From Vulcanimicrobiota bacterium (lineage in GTDB: Bacteria; Vulcanimicrobiota; Vulcanimicrobiia; Vulcanimicrobiales; Vulcanimicrobiaceae): a DNA stretch of 64,000 nt. Position 1 is the first letter of the stretch. Every line of letters begins with the position of its first letter. The DNA is taken from contig CAWETW010000001.1 in NCBI GenBank assembly GCA_963812155.1, positions 320,001 through 384,000 on the forward strand, in the 5' to 3' direction. Positions 45,245 through 55,760 of the stretch are shown here, one piece after another. The translations under genes and the position numbers were made by a program. The notes under the pieces are model-generated. The model had not been told where the DNA came from. It saw only the letters and a program-made list of their open reading frames with translations, and ran no database searches.

Positions 45245-46428
45245 AGATTTTCGTTCTCTGCGAGCGCGTCGACGCGGAGGGCGGCACCGAGACGTATCTG
45301 CGCACGCTGCTGCCCGCGCTGCGCGCTCGCGGACACGACGTGCGCGTGGCGGCCCGTTTCGCGGCTCAACCGGATGCCTACGGCGTTCCGGTCGAAACGG
45401 TTGCGTGGAGCGACGAGCACGATCCGCCGTCGGCCGGCGCCGCGGCGGCCGTCGCGCGTATCGCCGCGTCGTATCAACCCGACGTCGCCGCGATACACAA
45501 CGTACTGGATGCCGGCGTTCTCGCGGCCGTGCGAACGCACGTGCCGCGGGTCGCGTATCACCTTCACGACCATCGTCCATTCTGTCCCAACGGCGACCGG
45601 CTATATCCGCAAGGCGGCGGCATTTGCACGGTCCCGATGGGAATCGCCGCGTGCGGATGGCACGCACTCATCAGCGGCTGCGCGTACGGCCCGCGGCCGC
45701 GCACGTTCGGGCTCATTCGACTGCGCGAAGCGGTGAAGCGCGCCGTCGCGCAGGCCGATGCGACGATCGCGTTGTCGCACTACGTCGCAGACATCGCGCG
45801 CCGCAACGGCGTCGCGGCTGAGGAGATTCACGTCGTCGCGCCGGCGCTCGAAGAGCGCGCGTTCGCGCACGCGCCTTCGCCGCGGCCGCAGGAAGACGCG
45901 GTGCTCTTCGCCGGACGCGTCGTGCCGAGCAAAGGCGCGCGGTCGCTGGTGCGCGCGTTGGCATCGATCGCGCCGCAGATGCGGCCGCTGCTGCGCATCG
46001 CCGGCGACGGCCCCGATCTCGGCGACACGCTCGACGAAGCGCGCGCGCGTGCGGTGCGCGCCGAGCCGCTCGGCAGGCTCGCGGCGGCGGCGATGCGCGA
46101 CGCGTACGACACGGCGACGCTCGTTGCGATGCCGTCGCTCTGGGCCGAGCCGTTCGGCTTGGTGGGAATCGAGGCGTTCGCGCGGGGACGCCCGGTGGTC
46201 GCCTACGATGCGGGGGCGATCGGCGAGTGGCTCGCGCCGACCGGCGCCGGCCGCATCGTTGCGCTGCACGACGAGCGCGCGCTGGGCGCGGCGATCGCAG
46301 AACTCCTCGATCCCGGTGCGTGGAGCCATGCCGCCGCAAACGCGGTTGCAGCGACCGCCGGATACCGGATGCCGGATCATGTAGAGCGCATCGAAGCGAT
46401 CTACGCGGGAAACGCCGGGCGCGCATGA
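45241..46428 (+). CDS. GT4 glycosyltransferase with a Cys-rich insert
   Basis: GTGA overlap; GGTETY, LHDHRPFCP, EPFGLVGIEA. Confidence 0.9.
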   Translation: MKIFVLCERVDAEGGTETYLRTLLPALRARGHDVRVAARFAAQPDAYGVPVETVAWSDEHDPPSAGAAAAVARIAASYQPDVAAIHNVLDAGVLAAVRTHVPRVAYHLHDHRPFCPNGDRLYPQGGGICTVPMGIAACGWHALISGCAYGPRPRTFGLIRLREAVKRAVAQADATIALSHYVADIARRNGVAAEEIHVVAPALEERAFAHAPSPRPQEDAVLFAGRVVPSKGARSLVRALASIAPQMRPLLRIAGDGPDLGDTLDEARARAVRAEPLGRLAAAAMRDAYDTATLVAMPSLWAEPFGLVGIEAFARGRPVVAYDAGAIGEWLAPTGAGRIVALHDERALGAAIAELLDPGAWSHAAANAVAATAGYRMPDHVERIEAIYAGNAGRA

Positions 46429-46922
46429 AGCGTATCGTGATCGCGACCGGATTAGCGATTGGCTCCGACGGTGACACGCGGCGGCTGCTGCTGGTCGCCT
46501 CGCGCTACGCCAACCACGCGCAGCCGCTTTGGAATCTTCCCGGCGGCCGGCAACGCGCCGGCGAACTGCTGCGCGACGCGGTCGAACGCGAGTGTTACGA
46601 GGAAACCGGCGTGCGCGTACACGCCGGCGCGCTCGCCTACGTCAGCGAGAGTTACGACGGCAACGGCGCGCACGTCATCAATGCAACGTTTCACGTCACG
46701 CCGCTGGAAGGCGGCGATGCGCTGCGCTTACCCCACGAGCGCGACGCCGTCGATCACGTCGTCGCGGCGGAGTGGGTGGCGATCGGCGAGCTCCCCTCGC
46801 GCCTGAGCGTCGCCGTCGTGCGCGAACCGCTGCTCGCGTACCTCGAAGGGCGCCTCGGCGAGCGCTATGCCGGATTCGCCGACGCCGGTATCACGATCGT
46901 GTGGCCGAGCGACTCGAACTGA
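46425..46922 (+). CDS. NUDIX hydrolase
   Basis: ATGA overlap; Nudix box GGRQRAGELLRDAVERECYEETG. Confidence 0.9.
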   Translation: MKRIVIATGLAIGSDGDTRRLLLVASRYANHAQPLWNLPGGRQRAGELLRDAVERECYEETGVRVHAGALAYVSESYDGNGAHVINATFHVTPLEGGDALRLPHERDAVDHVVAAEWVAIGELPSRLSVAVVREPLLAYLEGRLGERYAGFADAGITIVWPSDSN

Positions 46923-47472
46923 GATTACCCTGCGCGACCCAGCGCCCGCGCGGGAGCACGTAGGCGATCACGTCGACGGCCTGGCCTTGCACGGTGGCAC
47001 CGTGCCGCGCGACGCCCTCGTCGACGAAACCGTTGCGTTCGAGGACGGCGCGCGACGGCACGTTTTTCGGAACGCAGTAGGCGCGCACGCGCGTGAGTCC
47101 GGCGCGCTCGAATCCTTCGGCGACGAGCCCGGCGACCGCTTCCGTGGCAACGCCGCGGCCGCGATGCTCGCGCACGACGCTATAGCCGATCTCCGCCGTT
47201 TCGGTCGCGCGCTCGGGAATGCGCAACGATACCCAGCCAATCGGTTGAGAACCGTCTGCGCTCCAGTACAGCATCCATTCGAAGCGCCCGACCGCGCCGG
47301 CCCGCAGTTCTTTCGGCCGCTGGGCGATGTTGCGGCGAAACTCCGCGGCGTCGAGATCGGGCAAATCTTGAAAGTCGCGCAAATCCGGCTGCTGGAGCAC
47401 CTGCCAAAGCACGTGCGCGTTTTCCTCGAGCACCGGCACGAGACGCAGGCGCCGCGTAAGAACCGGCCTCAT
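46891..47472 (-). CDS. RimJ/RimL-type GNAT acetyltransferase
   Basis: TRRLRL, EIGY, RGRGVATEA, NVPSRAVLERNGF. Confidence 0.88.
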   Translation of the reverse strand: MRPVLTRRLRLVPVLEENAHVLWQVLQQPDLRDFQDLPDLDAAEFRRNIAQRPKELRAGAVGRFEWMLYWSADGSQPIGWVSLRIPERATETAEIGYSVVREHRGRGVATEAVAGLVAEGFERAGLTRVRAYCVPKNVPSRAVLERNGFVDEGVARHGATVQGQAVDVIAYVLPRGRWVAQGNLSSSRSATRS

Positions 47473-47510
47473 GCTTGACGCCACGCGCGCCCGCGTGATT
47501 GAGCGCCGCA

Positions 47511-47840
47511 ATGAATCTGTTCGCGGCATACGCGGGTACCGCTCCGGCGACGGTCGACTTCTATGCGACGGTCACGTCGGACCCGCGATTCTTCTACGGT
47601 TCGCGCACGCGCTGCATGCACGAAGCCTTCGAAGCGAGCAGCGATGCCGGTCCGGTGGAGATCGTCGACAACGTCGCCATCGCGCCGCGCTGTCCGGTGC
47701 GCGCCGGCGACCGGATCGAAGTGCGCGGTCAAATGGTGCACGATCCCGGGCGCCCGCCGGTCGTACATTGGACGCATCACGATCCGCGGCATCGCCACGA
47801 CGGCGGCTTCATCCGCCTCCACGGCCGGACGTACGCGTAG
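47511..47840 (+). CDS. DUF3465-like protein
   Basis: GDRIEVRG..VVHWTHHDP..HDGGFI. Confidence 0.75.
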   Translation: MNLFAAYAGTAPATVDFYATVTSDPRFFYGSRTRCMHEAFEASSDAGPVEIVDNVAIAPRCPVRAGDRIEVRGQMVHDPGRPPVVHWTHHDPRHRHDGGFIRLHGRTYA

Positions 47841-48615
47841 CCGGTCCGGCAACGCCGTGGCCGCCCATCTCGAGGAGTTCGGGAATCGTGACGAAGCGGT
47901 ACCCGCGCCGTTTGAGCGTCTCGACGATCAACCGCGTGGCCTCGACGTCCCGGCTGCGGTCGCACACGTGCGACGCGACGCGTTGCTTCGAGCAGAGGAT
48001 GCCGCGGTTGCCGTCGTGCAAATCGATGATGGAGCCGTCTGCCACGTAGCGCAGGACGCGCGCCGCGATCACCGGCGCCGGGGGATACTCCCAATCGTTG
48101 GGCAGCGGCACCGACCACATCACCGGCGTGTATCCGAGCCGGCGCACTTCGCCCAACACCAGCCAGTCGCGTCCGCCGTATGGCGGCCGCATGATGCGCG
48201 TGTGAGCGCCGGTGGCGGCAAAGATTGCGTCGTCGGTGCGCTGCAGGGTCTCGCGCAGACCGGTGCTATCGTAAAGCACCAGGTGGTCGTGGCCCCACGT
48301 ATGATTGCCGATCGCATTTCCGCCGCGATACTCACGCCGCACCGTCTGCGGGTAAGCTTGAACGGCCTGGCCGACGACGAAGAACGTTGCGTGCACGCGC
48401 TCCCCGCGTAAGACGTCGAGAATTTCGTCGGTGTACGGCGGATTCGGCCCGTCGTCGTAGGTCAGCGCGACGACCCGCTGATTTTTCGGACCGCTCACCA
48501 GCGTCTTTCCGAAGAGCTGGCTTCCGGGACTCTCGGCGATTTCGTACACGCCGAAGATCAGCGCGCCGGCAGCCGCTAACACGACGGCGGCCCGTGCCGC
48601 GCGCGGAAACGTCAC
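47809..48615 (-). CDS. Polysaccharide deacetylase (CE4)
   Basis: GTGA overlap; LTYDDGP, NHTWGH, RPPYG, LHDG. Confidence 0.92.
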   Translation of the reverse strand: MTFPRAARAAVVLAAAGALIFGVYEIAESPGSQLFGKTLVSGPKNQRVVALTYDDGPNPPYTDEILDVLRGERVHATFFVVGQAVQAYPQTVRREYRGGNAIGNHTWGHDHLVLYDSTGLRETLQRTDDAIFAATGAHTRIMRPPYGGRDWLVLGEVRRLGYTPVMWSVPLPNDWEYPPAPVIAARVLRYVADGSIIDLHDGNRGILCSKQRVASHVCDRSRDVEATRLIVETLKRRGYRFVTIPELLEMGGHGVAGPATRTSGRGGG

Positions 48616-49283
48616 GGTGACGCAGACGGCTGCACGCAGCGGCTCGTTCGCGCGCGCGCCAGCGCAAGGGCGACGTTTTGCCGGAACTCGTCGGGCCCGA
48701 ATGCGCGAAAGTCGTCGACGACCTTCTGGTAGCGAGGATCGCCGGTCACTTGGCTCTGCATGCGCAGCAGATCGGAGGCGTTCTGCTTCGAAAGGTCGAG
48801 ATGGAACTGACTGCGATGACCACGCTGCGCCCAGTACGCGGGATCGGTAAAGGTGACGGTTCGCTCGCCCTGCTTGAAATCGGCAAGTTGTTTGACGTAG
48901 ACGGAGTACGACGCGTCGGCGCCCTTGAGCGGCGGAAGGTTGACCATCTGCCAGATGCCGTCTTGGTCGAGGCCGCCGAAGAAAAAGCTCACGTCGTAGA
49001 TCTTGCCGGTGGGCGCCTTGATCGTAATCTCTTTGCAGTTGTAGGAGCGGACGCGGTAGTCGTAGCTCGAGACGCCCTCGATGTCTTGCATCCGGTACTC
49101 TTCTTCGTAAATCGGCGGGTTCGGATAGTGGATCGTGAGTCGCGCGTAGAGTTGACTCGGCGCACGCTGCGCGTGGCTGAGGCCGGCCACCGGATGCGGG
49201 CCGCCATAGACCCGCCATCCGATAACGAGAAAGATCGCGGTGAGCGCGACGATGAAGATTTCGATTGCAGAGGGCGGGCGCAT
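48612..49283 (-). CDS. Hypothetical membrane-anchored protein
   Basis: N-terminal TM helix; coupled to the deacetylase. Confidence 0.75.
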   Translation of the reverse strand: MRPPSAIEIFIVALTAIFLVIGWRVYGGPHPVAGLSHAQRAPSQLYARLTIHYPNPPIYEEEYRMQDIEGVSSYDYRVRSYNCKEITIKAPTGKIYDVSFFFGGLDQDGIWQMVNLPPLKGADASYSVYVKQLADFKQGERTVTFTDPAYWAQRGHRSQFHLDLSKQNASDLLRMQSQVTGDPRYQKVVDDFRAFGPDEFRQNVALALARARTSRCVQPSASP

Positions 49284-49296
49284 GTGACCGCGGCTC

Positions 49297-49743
49297 CTAC
49301 TTTGCGCGCGCGGGTGCTTCCTGGTCGAGCACCCGGTTCACCAATCGATCGGCAAGCGCGTTTTGCTTCCTTGGAACGTGGCGCAAGTCAATCTCATCGA
49401 ATGCGCGCAACAGCACGACGGCGCGGCGATAGAGCGGCTGGAGTTCGGGGTGCTTGACGCGGTAGTCACCGCGCAACTGTTTGACGACGAGTTCGGAATC
49501 CAGGCGGATGGCCAGTCGCCGAATTCCGCATTTGGCGGCCGCTTCGAGCCCGAGCAGCAGCGCCGTCCACTCGGCAACGTTGTTCGTCTTGACGCCGAGA
49601 TACGCAGAGGCTTCCTCGATCAGCTCTCCGGCGCCGTCGAGTAGCACGGCACCACTTGCGGCGGGTCCGGGATTGCCGCGCGATCCGCCGTCGGCAAAGA
49701 GGGTTGCCTCGGGCGCGCCGCCGGTGGTAAGCCGCATCTGCAT
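49297..49743 (-). CDS. Ribonuclease HI family protein
   Basis: DGGSRGNPG, TNNVAE, DSELV, NALADRL. Confidence 0.92.
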   Translation of the reverse strand: MQMRLTTGGAPEATLFADGGSRGNPGPAASGAVLLDGAGELIEEASAYLGVKTNNVAEWTALLLGLEAAAKCGIRRLAIRLDSELVVKQLRGDYRVKHPELQPLYRRAVVLLRAFDEIDLRHVPRKQNALADRLVNRVLDQEAPARAK

Positions 49744-49802
49744 GCCGCGGCTTTCGTCGGCGGCGGTGCATGAACCGCCCGCAAAACGGGGAAAAGCCCG
49801 GC

Positions 49803-50150
49803 ATGAAACATACATTCGTGCGGGCGGCGGCGGCCGCGCTCTTCGCCGGCCTGATGGCCGCGTCGTCGAGCGTCGCGCTGGCGGCGTCGACCTTCTACGG
49901 CATCGTGGTTCACGTTTCGACCTCGAACATCAAGGTTCAGAATCCCAAAGACCAGCAGACGCTGAGCTTTACCATCGTGCCGAAGTTCGACCAAGTCTTT
50001 TCGGCCAACGGCAAGACGACGTACCAAATGAGCGCCATCAAGGCGGGACAATACGTCGGCATCATCTACGACCAGAAGGCGTTGGGCGTACGGCACGCAG
50101 ATAAAATCTATCTTCTGAACAACGCCAACCAGCGGATCGGGGCGCAGTAA
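49803..50150 (+). CDS. Small secreted protein (OB-fold-like)
   Basis: Signal peptide ending ALA; beta-rich mature region. Confidence 0.75.
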   Translation: MKHTFVRAAAAALFAGLMAASSSVALAASTFYGIVVHVSTSNIKVQNPKDQQTLSFTIVPKFDQVFSANGKTTYQMSAIKAGQYVGIIYDQKALGVRHADKIYLLNNANQRIGAQ

Positions 50151-50404
50151 CGGGCAGACGCGCCGCGACGCGGTTCGCGGTTCCCAGACAACCCGGCGCC
50201 AGGTGGCTTGACTTGGCGCCGTGAACGTTTAGCACGCTCGTCAGCCGGGTGGACGGCTTTTTTGCTTCGCTGGGTAACGCAGCAATCGCGAATACACAGG
50301 AAAGACCTTTCACAACGAAGGCCCCTAGCACGCCAAGAAAGACGGCGAAGCCGACAACGTCAAAGACCTTCTACGATGTTGCCGAAGATGGAACGCTGGA
50401 AAAT

Positions 50405-51182
50405 ATGTTGAGCGCGCAGTATACGCTCGCGCAATCCGCCGATCCGGCGGCCGAACGGCAACGCCTTGCGTTGCTCGAACGATGTTACGATGCATGGACG
50501 GTTGCCGAGTTGGAAGAAACCGGCGTGACGGCGGGCTGGACGTGCATCGAAGCCGGCGCGGGCGGCGGTTCGATTGCAAAATGGCTGGCAGAACGAGCCG
50601 GCGCGCGTGGGTCGGTGCTTGCAATCGATCTCGACTTACGACTGCTCGAACCGCCGGCGGCGCCGGCGATTTCCCTCAGACGGCTCGACATTCGCAACGA
50701 GGATCTTCCATCCGGCGCCGATCTCGTGCACGCGCGCTTTCTGCTCGAGCATCTGCCGGATTTTCGCATCGCGTTCGACCGCATGGTCCGCGCGCTTCGG
50801 CCCGGCGGCTGGCTCGTGGTGACCGATGCCGATTTTACCAGCGTACGTTTGGACGTCGCCGACCCGGCGTTCGATCGCGCGTCTTCGGCGTTCGCGGCCG
50901 CAACGCGAAGCGCGGGTTGGGATCCAGCGTTCGGCGCGTCGCTCCCGTCGCTATTCGAGGATGCCGGCCTCGCCGGCATCGTTGCGACCTCGCGGCAAGT
51001 ACGCGAGCGCGGCAACGATCACGGCGCGCTTCTCGCCGCGTCGTACGGGCGTATCGCAATGTTGATGGAGCGTTACGGCGCGAGTTCCGGCGACGTCGAG
51101 CGCGCTCAAGCGTTGATGCAACATCCGGCGACGCTTCTTCACCGGTCCCACGATTTGGACGGTGCGCGGAAAAGTTCTTTAG
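50405..51182 (+). pseudogene. Class I SAM-dependent methyltransferase with a +1 frameshift near the 3' end
   Basis: EAGAGGG, HARFLLEHL, LRPGGWL; the plausible end FFTGPTIWTVRGKVL* (stop 51182) is in the +1 frame from about 51134, otherwise the ORF overruns the convergent gene. Confidence 0.7.
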
Positions 51183-51203
51183 CTTATCCTGTCTGTCGCG
51201 GTT

Positions 51204-52203
51204 TTACAGTGGCGCCGGGCCGAAGGGGTCGCCCATCAGCGTATTGCTGCCCTGGATCGTCGCGATCGGCGCAACGTTCCCCTTGGCTGCGGGGGCGAAC
51301 TTCAGGATTGCATTCGAAAGGTCGGCGAGAAACAGATCGCCCGAGGTATCGAACGCCACGCCGCCTGGACCCGTAATCTTCGTCGTCGAGCCGGCGAGCG
51401 TCCACGCCGGCGCTGCGTTCCCGTTTGCCGTCAACTTATACGCGGTGATGCTGGGCGCGTTTAACTCGTTCGCGACGACGATTTTATTCGATTCGATCGC
51501 GACCGCGAGCGGCCAGTCCAGTTTGGTATTGGAGCCGGTGATCGTCGCGGCCGGAGCAACGTTCCCATGCGCCCCCGCAGCAAAGACGAAAATCGCCGCC
51601 ACGGGCGCGTCGGACACGTAGATTTTTCCGGACGCGTCGAACGCGATTCCCGCAGGCTCGTGGAGGCCAGTGGAGGCTCCCGAAATCGTGTGCAAGGGCG
51701 CCACGTTTCCGTTTGCGTTTGCGCCGAATTCAAGGATCGCCGGCGTCGGCTTATCGTTTGCGACCCACACGTGACCCGTCGCATCAATGGCAATCCCGCC
51801 GATGACGTTACCGATTTTTGTTTTCGAACCGCTAATCACCGCCGACGGCGCGACGTTGCCGTTGGAACCTGCTGCAAACCGGAGGACGTTCGTTTGGTTG
51901 TTTGCCACAAAGATGCGGCCGCTCGCGTCCTTCGTAATCGCAATCGGTAAATTCAACTGCGTATTACTGCCGGCGATATTTACCTGAGGGCTCACGTTAC
52001 CGGTCGAGGTTTGCTTGAATCCCAAGACCTGACTGCCCATGCGACTGGCGACGTACAAGAGCGACGCGCTGTTCGGTATCGCGTGCGCGCGACGTTTCGC
52101 GGGCGAACGAGCCGTTCGGAGCCGGCGACGCACCGCCGAGGTTTCCGTTACAAGCCGTCAGTAGTGCGGCAGCGAGGACTCCAATGGTCGATACGAAGCG
52201 CAT
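51204..52203 (-). pseudogene. NHL-repeat beta-propeller lipoprotein with a +1 frameshift after the signal peptide
   Basis: MRFVSTIGVLAAALLTAC (GGAGG RBS) is out of frame with the GNVAP-repeat body; the shift is near 52105 and the span is 1000 bp (3n+1). Confidence 0.8.
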
Positions 52204-52387
52204 CGTAAGCCTCCTAACGTGCGGTCTACGACGGCATTTCGCCAGTTGCGAGAAACACCTGCGCTAGGAGCGAATGGAGCGAGGACGAAGGCATGGACGC
52301 TGCAGCCTTATGCCCAGCGGTTTCATTGCTAGCGGATTGCTCCGGCGCGGCGAACAACTCGCCGGGGCTGCCGTCCGGTGCAAATAC

Positions 52388-52864
52388 ATGCCGGGCGTCG
52401 ACACCGTGCTCATAAGCTGCTCGACCGCCGGCAACCCCGTCGGCGTCGCCGTGGACCAACGCGGAAACGTGTTCGTCTCTGTCGGGAGTGCAATTGAGGA
52501 GTTCAAGCACGGACTGGTCAATTCGCATTGCACGCCGACGCAGCTTCCAGTCACGCTCGACAATCCGTCGGGGATGGCCTTCGACACGAATCGCAATCTG
52601 CTCGTGGCCGACGGCTCCGCGGCGGCCGTGGACATTATCGCGCCGCCATATACGACCGTCACGGGAACCCTCGGGTCCGGATGGACCCAACCAACGAGCG
52701 TCACCGTGATCAAGGCCGGCACAAGAGCCTACGTCGCCGATTTCGGCGCCGGAACCGTCAGCGTTCTTACCTACCCCGCGGGTTCAACCTTGACCACGCT
52801 CGACGGCGCGAATGGGCTGGAGTTTCCTTACTCCGCAGTCAATAGCAATAACTACGTCCCTTAG
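52388..52864 (+). pseudogene. 5'-truncated NHL-like beta-propeller fragment
   Basis: PVGVAVD, PSGMAFD, AYVADF blades but no signal peptide and only about four blades. Confidence 0.6.
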
Positions 52865-52899
52865 CGCGCGCCGCGCATAACAAGATCGCGCCGGTTCAG

Positions 52900-53070
52900 C
52901 TAATCGCTGCGGCCGTGGAAACGTTTTCCCTCCTTGCGGCACGCGTCCTGACTTCCCTCAAGTTTATGCGGGCAGGGAAGAGTCTCAGGCGATGTTTCCG
53001 GATCACCCTCACCCCAGAACACATGACCGTCAGGGCAACGATACTCGGGGCGCTTCGGCGTTACACTCAC
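52900..53070 (-). CDS. 56-aa Cys/His-containing small protein
   Basis: AAGGAG RBS 8 bp before GTG; YRCPDGH...CPH...C. Confidence 0.6.
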   Translation of the reverse strand: MSVTPKRPEYRCPDGHVFWGEGDPETSPETLPCPHKLEGSQDACRKEGKRFHGRSD

Positions 53071-53125
53071 TGTGGTTTCTCCTTGGCCGACCATCTCGAT
53101 CAGCCACAACGCTTCTGGGGAAGTC

Positions 53126-53314
53126 CTAGTGATCGATGAAGCCGGAAGCCTCTTCCATCGTCGCATCGAGCCGCAAATCTTCGTGTGCGTATTTTCGATC
53201 TTCATGTCCTTGGGTCGTTTTGACGCGCACGACGATTTCATGCGGATGAACGGACTTGACCGTCCCTTCCTCCTTCGTGGCGTCAATGAAGACTCGGTCG
53301 CCGGCTTTCAACAT
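53126..53314 (-). CDS. 62-aa SH3/KOW-like small protein
   Basis: AAGGA RBS; LKAGDRVFI..EGTVKSV. Confidence 0.7.
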   Translation of the reverse strand: MLKAGDRVFIDATKEEGTVKSVHPHEIVVRVKTTQGHEDRKYAHEDLRLDATMEEASGFIDH

Positions 53315-53389
53315 TTCTTGCTTCCTTTCTTGAAGTGTCTGCGTTGGAGGCGATCCCCCAAAAGGCTCCGCGGGGATTGCCCGAGTCGA

Positions 53390-54418
53390 CTATTGCTTTC
53401 CTACTGCTAACGCCACTGGATCGTTGATGCCCTCGGTAAAGGTGCGCACTGGAGACGATGCTCCCGTCTCATATTCGGTGACGTCGCCGGCACCGGTGCC
53501 GGAGTTGGCGACGTAAAGCTCTCCAAAATCGTTAAATGCGAGCGCCGTCGGATTCAAAATTCCGTCCGTAATCACGCGATACGGGTGAATCTCACGGTGC
53601 ACGTAAACGGCGACGTTACTCGCCGCGTTGTTGGCGACGTAAAGCGTGCCCAGTGCGTCGAATGTCAACGCAACCGGTCCACTGATGCCGTCGGTAATCG
53701 TATGCAGCAGAGTGCCGGTTCCGCGCCGGTAAACGGTTATCGAGTCGTCGCTCGAACGGCAGCCACGGTTGGCCACGAACGCGTCCCCAGCCGGATCGAA
53801 CGCGAGCGCGTTGGGGCACGAGACGCCGTGCTCGATCGTTCGTAGTTTTTGGCCGGTCTTTGCGTCGAACACGACGATTGCCTTTTCGAGCGCGACGTAA
53901 AGCGCGCCGCGGTTCTCGGCAACGGTTTGCAGCTTGGGATCGACGGCAACGTTCCCAGCGTATTTCAGACTCGGCAACGAATACTCACTCACGTGGTGAT
54001 TCTTCGCGGACGAGTTCGCGACGAAGAGCCTTTGGTAACCAATTGCCAGCGCCGTTGGCCCGCTGATGCCCTCGTCGATCGTAGCTTTTCGCCGAATGCT
54101 TCCGGGCGGATACACGGCGATGTTGCCGCTGTTGCGAAGACCGTTTCCATGGGTTGAGACGAAGAGATCTTCAGCAGCGTCGAACGCTAGGGCGTTCGGC
54201 TTCTGAGACCGGATGCTTCGCAATGGCTGAGTGCGCAGCAGCGGGTAGGTCGTAACCGACCCCTCCCCGCCGTAGTTCGCAACGTAAAGGAACTGACGGC
54301 CGCCGCTCTCACCGTGAAGGGCCGCGGCAGGCCTTTGCACGCTCCAGGGGCTCGTTGAGGGTACGATCGTGGCCGAGCAACCGGCGAGGCAGAACGCGAT
54401 GAACGCCAACCTTTTCAT
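53390..54418 (-). CDS. NHL-repeat beta-propeller lipoprotein
   Basis: Lipobox LAGC; repeated GI..P.ALAFD..LYVAN. Confidence 0.88.
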   Translation of the reverse strand: MKRLAFIAFCLAGCSATIVPSTSPWSVQRPAAALHGESGGRQFLYVANYGGEGSVTTYPLLRTQPLRSIRSQKPNALAFDAAEDLFVSTHGNGLRNSGNIAVYPPGSIRRKATIDEGISGPTALAIGYQRLFVANSSAKNHHVSEYSLPSLKYAGNVAVDPKLQTVAENRGALYVALEKAIVVFDAKTGQKLRTIEHGVSCPNALAFDPAGDAFVANRGCRSSDDSITVYRRGTGTLLHTITDGISGPVALTFDALGTLYVANNAASNVAVYVHREIHPYRVITDGILNPTALAFNDFGELYVANSGTGAGDVTEYETGASSPVRTFTEGINDPVALAVGKQ

Positions 54419-54654
54419 ATCATTGAGCCTATCAGGCCTCGCCCGTTCGTCAAGATATCGCCTAGAGTCCGCGTCGGATCGTGCCCTGACTTGGGTCGCA
54501 GTAAGAATGCGTGCCGGCGTTCCTTAAGAGTGTCCTCGAATCGCGGCAAAATGCCGCACTTGCAGCCTCTTCAGCACTTTTTCATGATTCCATGACATAC
54601 TCGCACCGTTTTCGCCTCGAGCTTCTGGCGCTACGCCCTGGAGGAACTTCGTCT

Positions 54655-55683
54655 ATGTCGCATCGTTTTCGTGCCGGCACAACCGTATCGTGGGTGACGG
54701 CGATCGTTGCCGGATTTTCAATCTCAGCCTGCGCTGCGGACAATAGCGTTCTGCAACAAGCCGGAGCCCCCACGCCGGCGATGCTTGCCGCGAGCCGCGT
54801 CGGTCACGATACCAGCAACACCTGGACTCTCGGGAATCCCGCCCCGACCAAGCAATTCACCGGGGCCGCCGCAGCCAACGGTACGAACATTTATTTGCTC
54901 GGCGGCGAGAACCACACGACAATCATGAACGAGAACGACGTCTACGACACGACGAGCGACACTTGGTCTCGTGCCAAGCGCATGCCCACGGCACGCGCCG
55001 CGCTGGCGGCCGCAACGCTGAACGGAATCGTGTACGCCATCGGCGGCGAGACGTTTACCGGAACGCCGCTGGCGACCGTCGAGGCATACAACCCCATCAG
55101 CAATACGTGGTCGACCAAGGCTCCCTTACCGACGGCCGTCGACAGCATGACCGCCACCGTCGAGAATGGGTCTATTTACGTCGTCGGCGGCTTCAACGGC
55201 AGCGGCACTCCCTTCGCCGGCGTTCAGAAATATAACCCCAACTCGAATTCATGGACATTGGTCGCCCCAATGACAATCGCTAAAGCATTTGCCTTTACGA
55301 CCACCGTCAACTCGGAGATTGTCAGCGCAGCAGGCTCGATCGGTACGGGGCCAACTGTCGACAACGAAGCCTACGACCCCACGTCGAATTCGTGGACGAC
55401 AAAGAAGAGCGCACGGGTGCTGCGATACGGTGGCTGCGCGGGCGCCATCGGCAGCAAGCTGTACGCTGCCGGTGGTCTCGTGTTCTCGCCGATTCGCAAC
55501 TCAACAAAAAGACTCGACGCATACGATGTCGTCGCAGATCATTGGACGAAGCTCGCAAACATGCCGTTCGGAATGATCGGTCCGGCATCCGCTACGGTGA
55601 ATGGTTTACTCTACTGCATCGGCGGCTCACCGCACTACGCCCAGCCGGTCTATTCCGGAAAGGTGCAAGTCTATCACCCCTGA
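54655..55683 (+). CDS. Kelch-repeat lipoprotein
   Basis: GGAGGA RBS; ISAC lipobox; repeated YxxGG..YDP..W..MP blades. Confidence 0.9.
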   Translation: MSHRFRAGTTVSWVTAIVAGFSISACAADNSVLQQAGAPTPAMLAASRVGHDTSNTWTLGNPAPTKQFTGAAAANGTNIYLLGGENHTTIMNENDVYDTTSDTWSRAKRMPTARAALAAATLNGIVYAIGGETFTGTPLATVEAYNPISNTWSTKAPLPTAVDSMTATVENGSIYVVGGFNGSGTPFAGVQKYNPNSNSWTLVAPMTIAKAFAFTTTVNSEIVSAAGSIGTGPTVDNEAYDPTSNSWTTKKSARVLRYGGCAGAIGSKLYAAGGLVFSPIRNSTKRLDAYDVVADHWTKLANMPFGMIGPASATVNGLLYCIGGSPHYAQPVYSGKVQVYHP

Positions 55684-55760
55684 TTGATATGCGACCTATC
55701 GCCGGCGCAACGCTATAGCGGGTCAAACCTTACGGGCGCGTTGGTGCTCTAGTGCTTCGG

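Noticed and set aside
50062..50370. Hydrophobic minus-strand ORF between the secreted protein and the methyltransferase
   Set aside because: The hydrophobic stretch begins right after a stop with no convincing start or RBS, and it overlaps the neighbouring gene; possibly debris.
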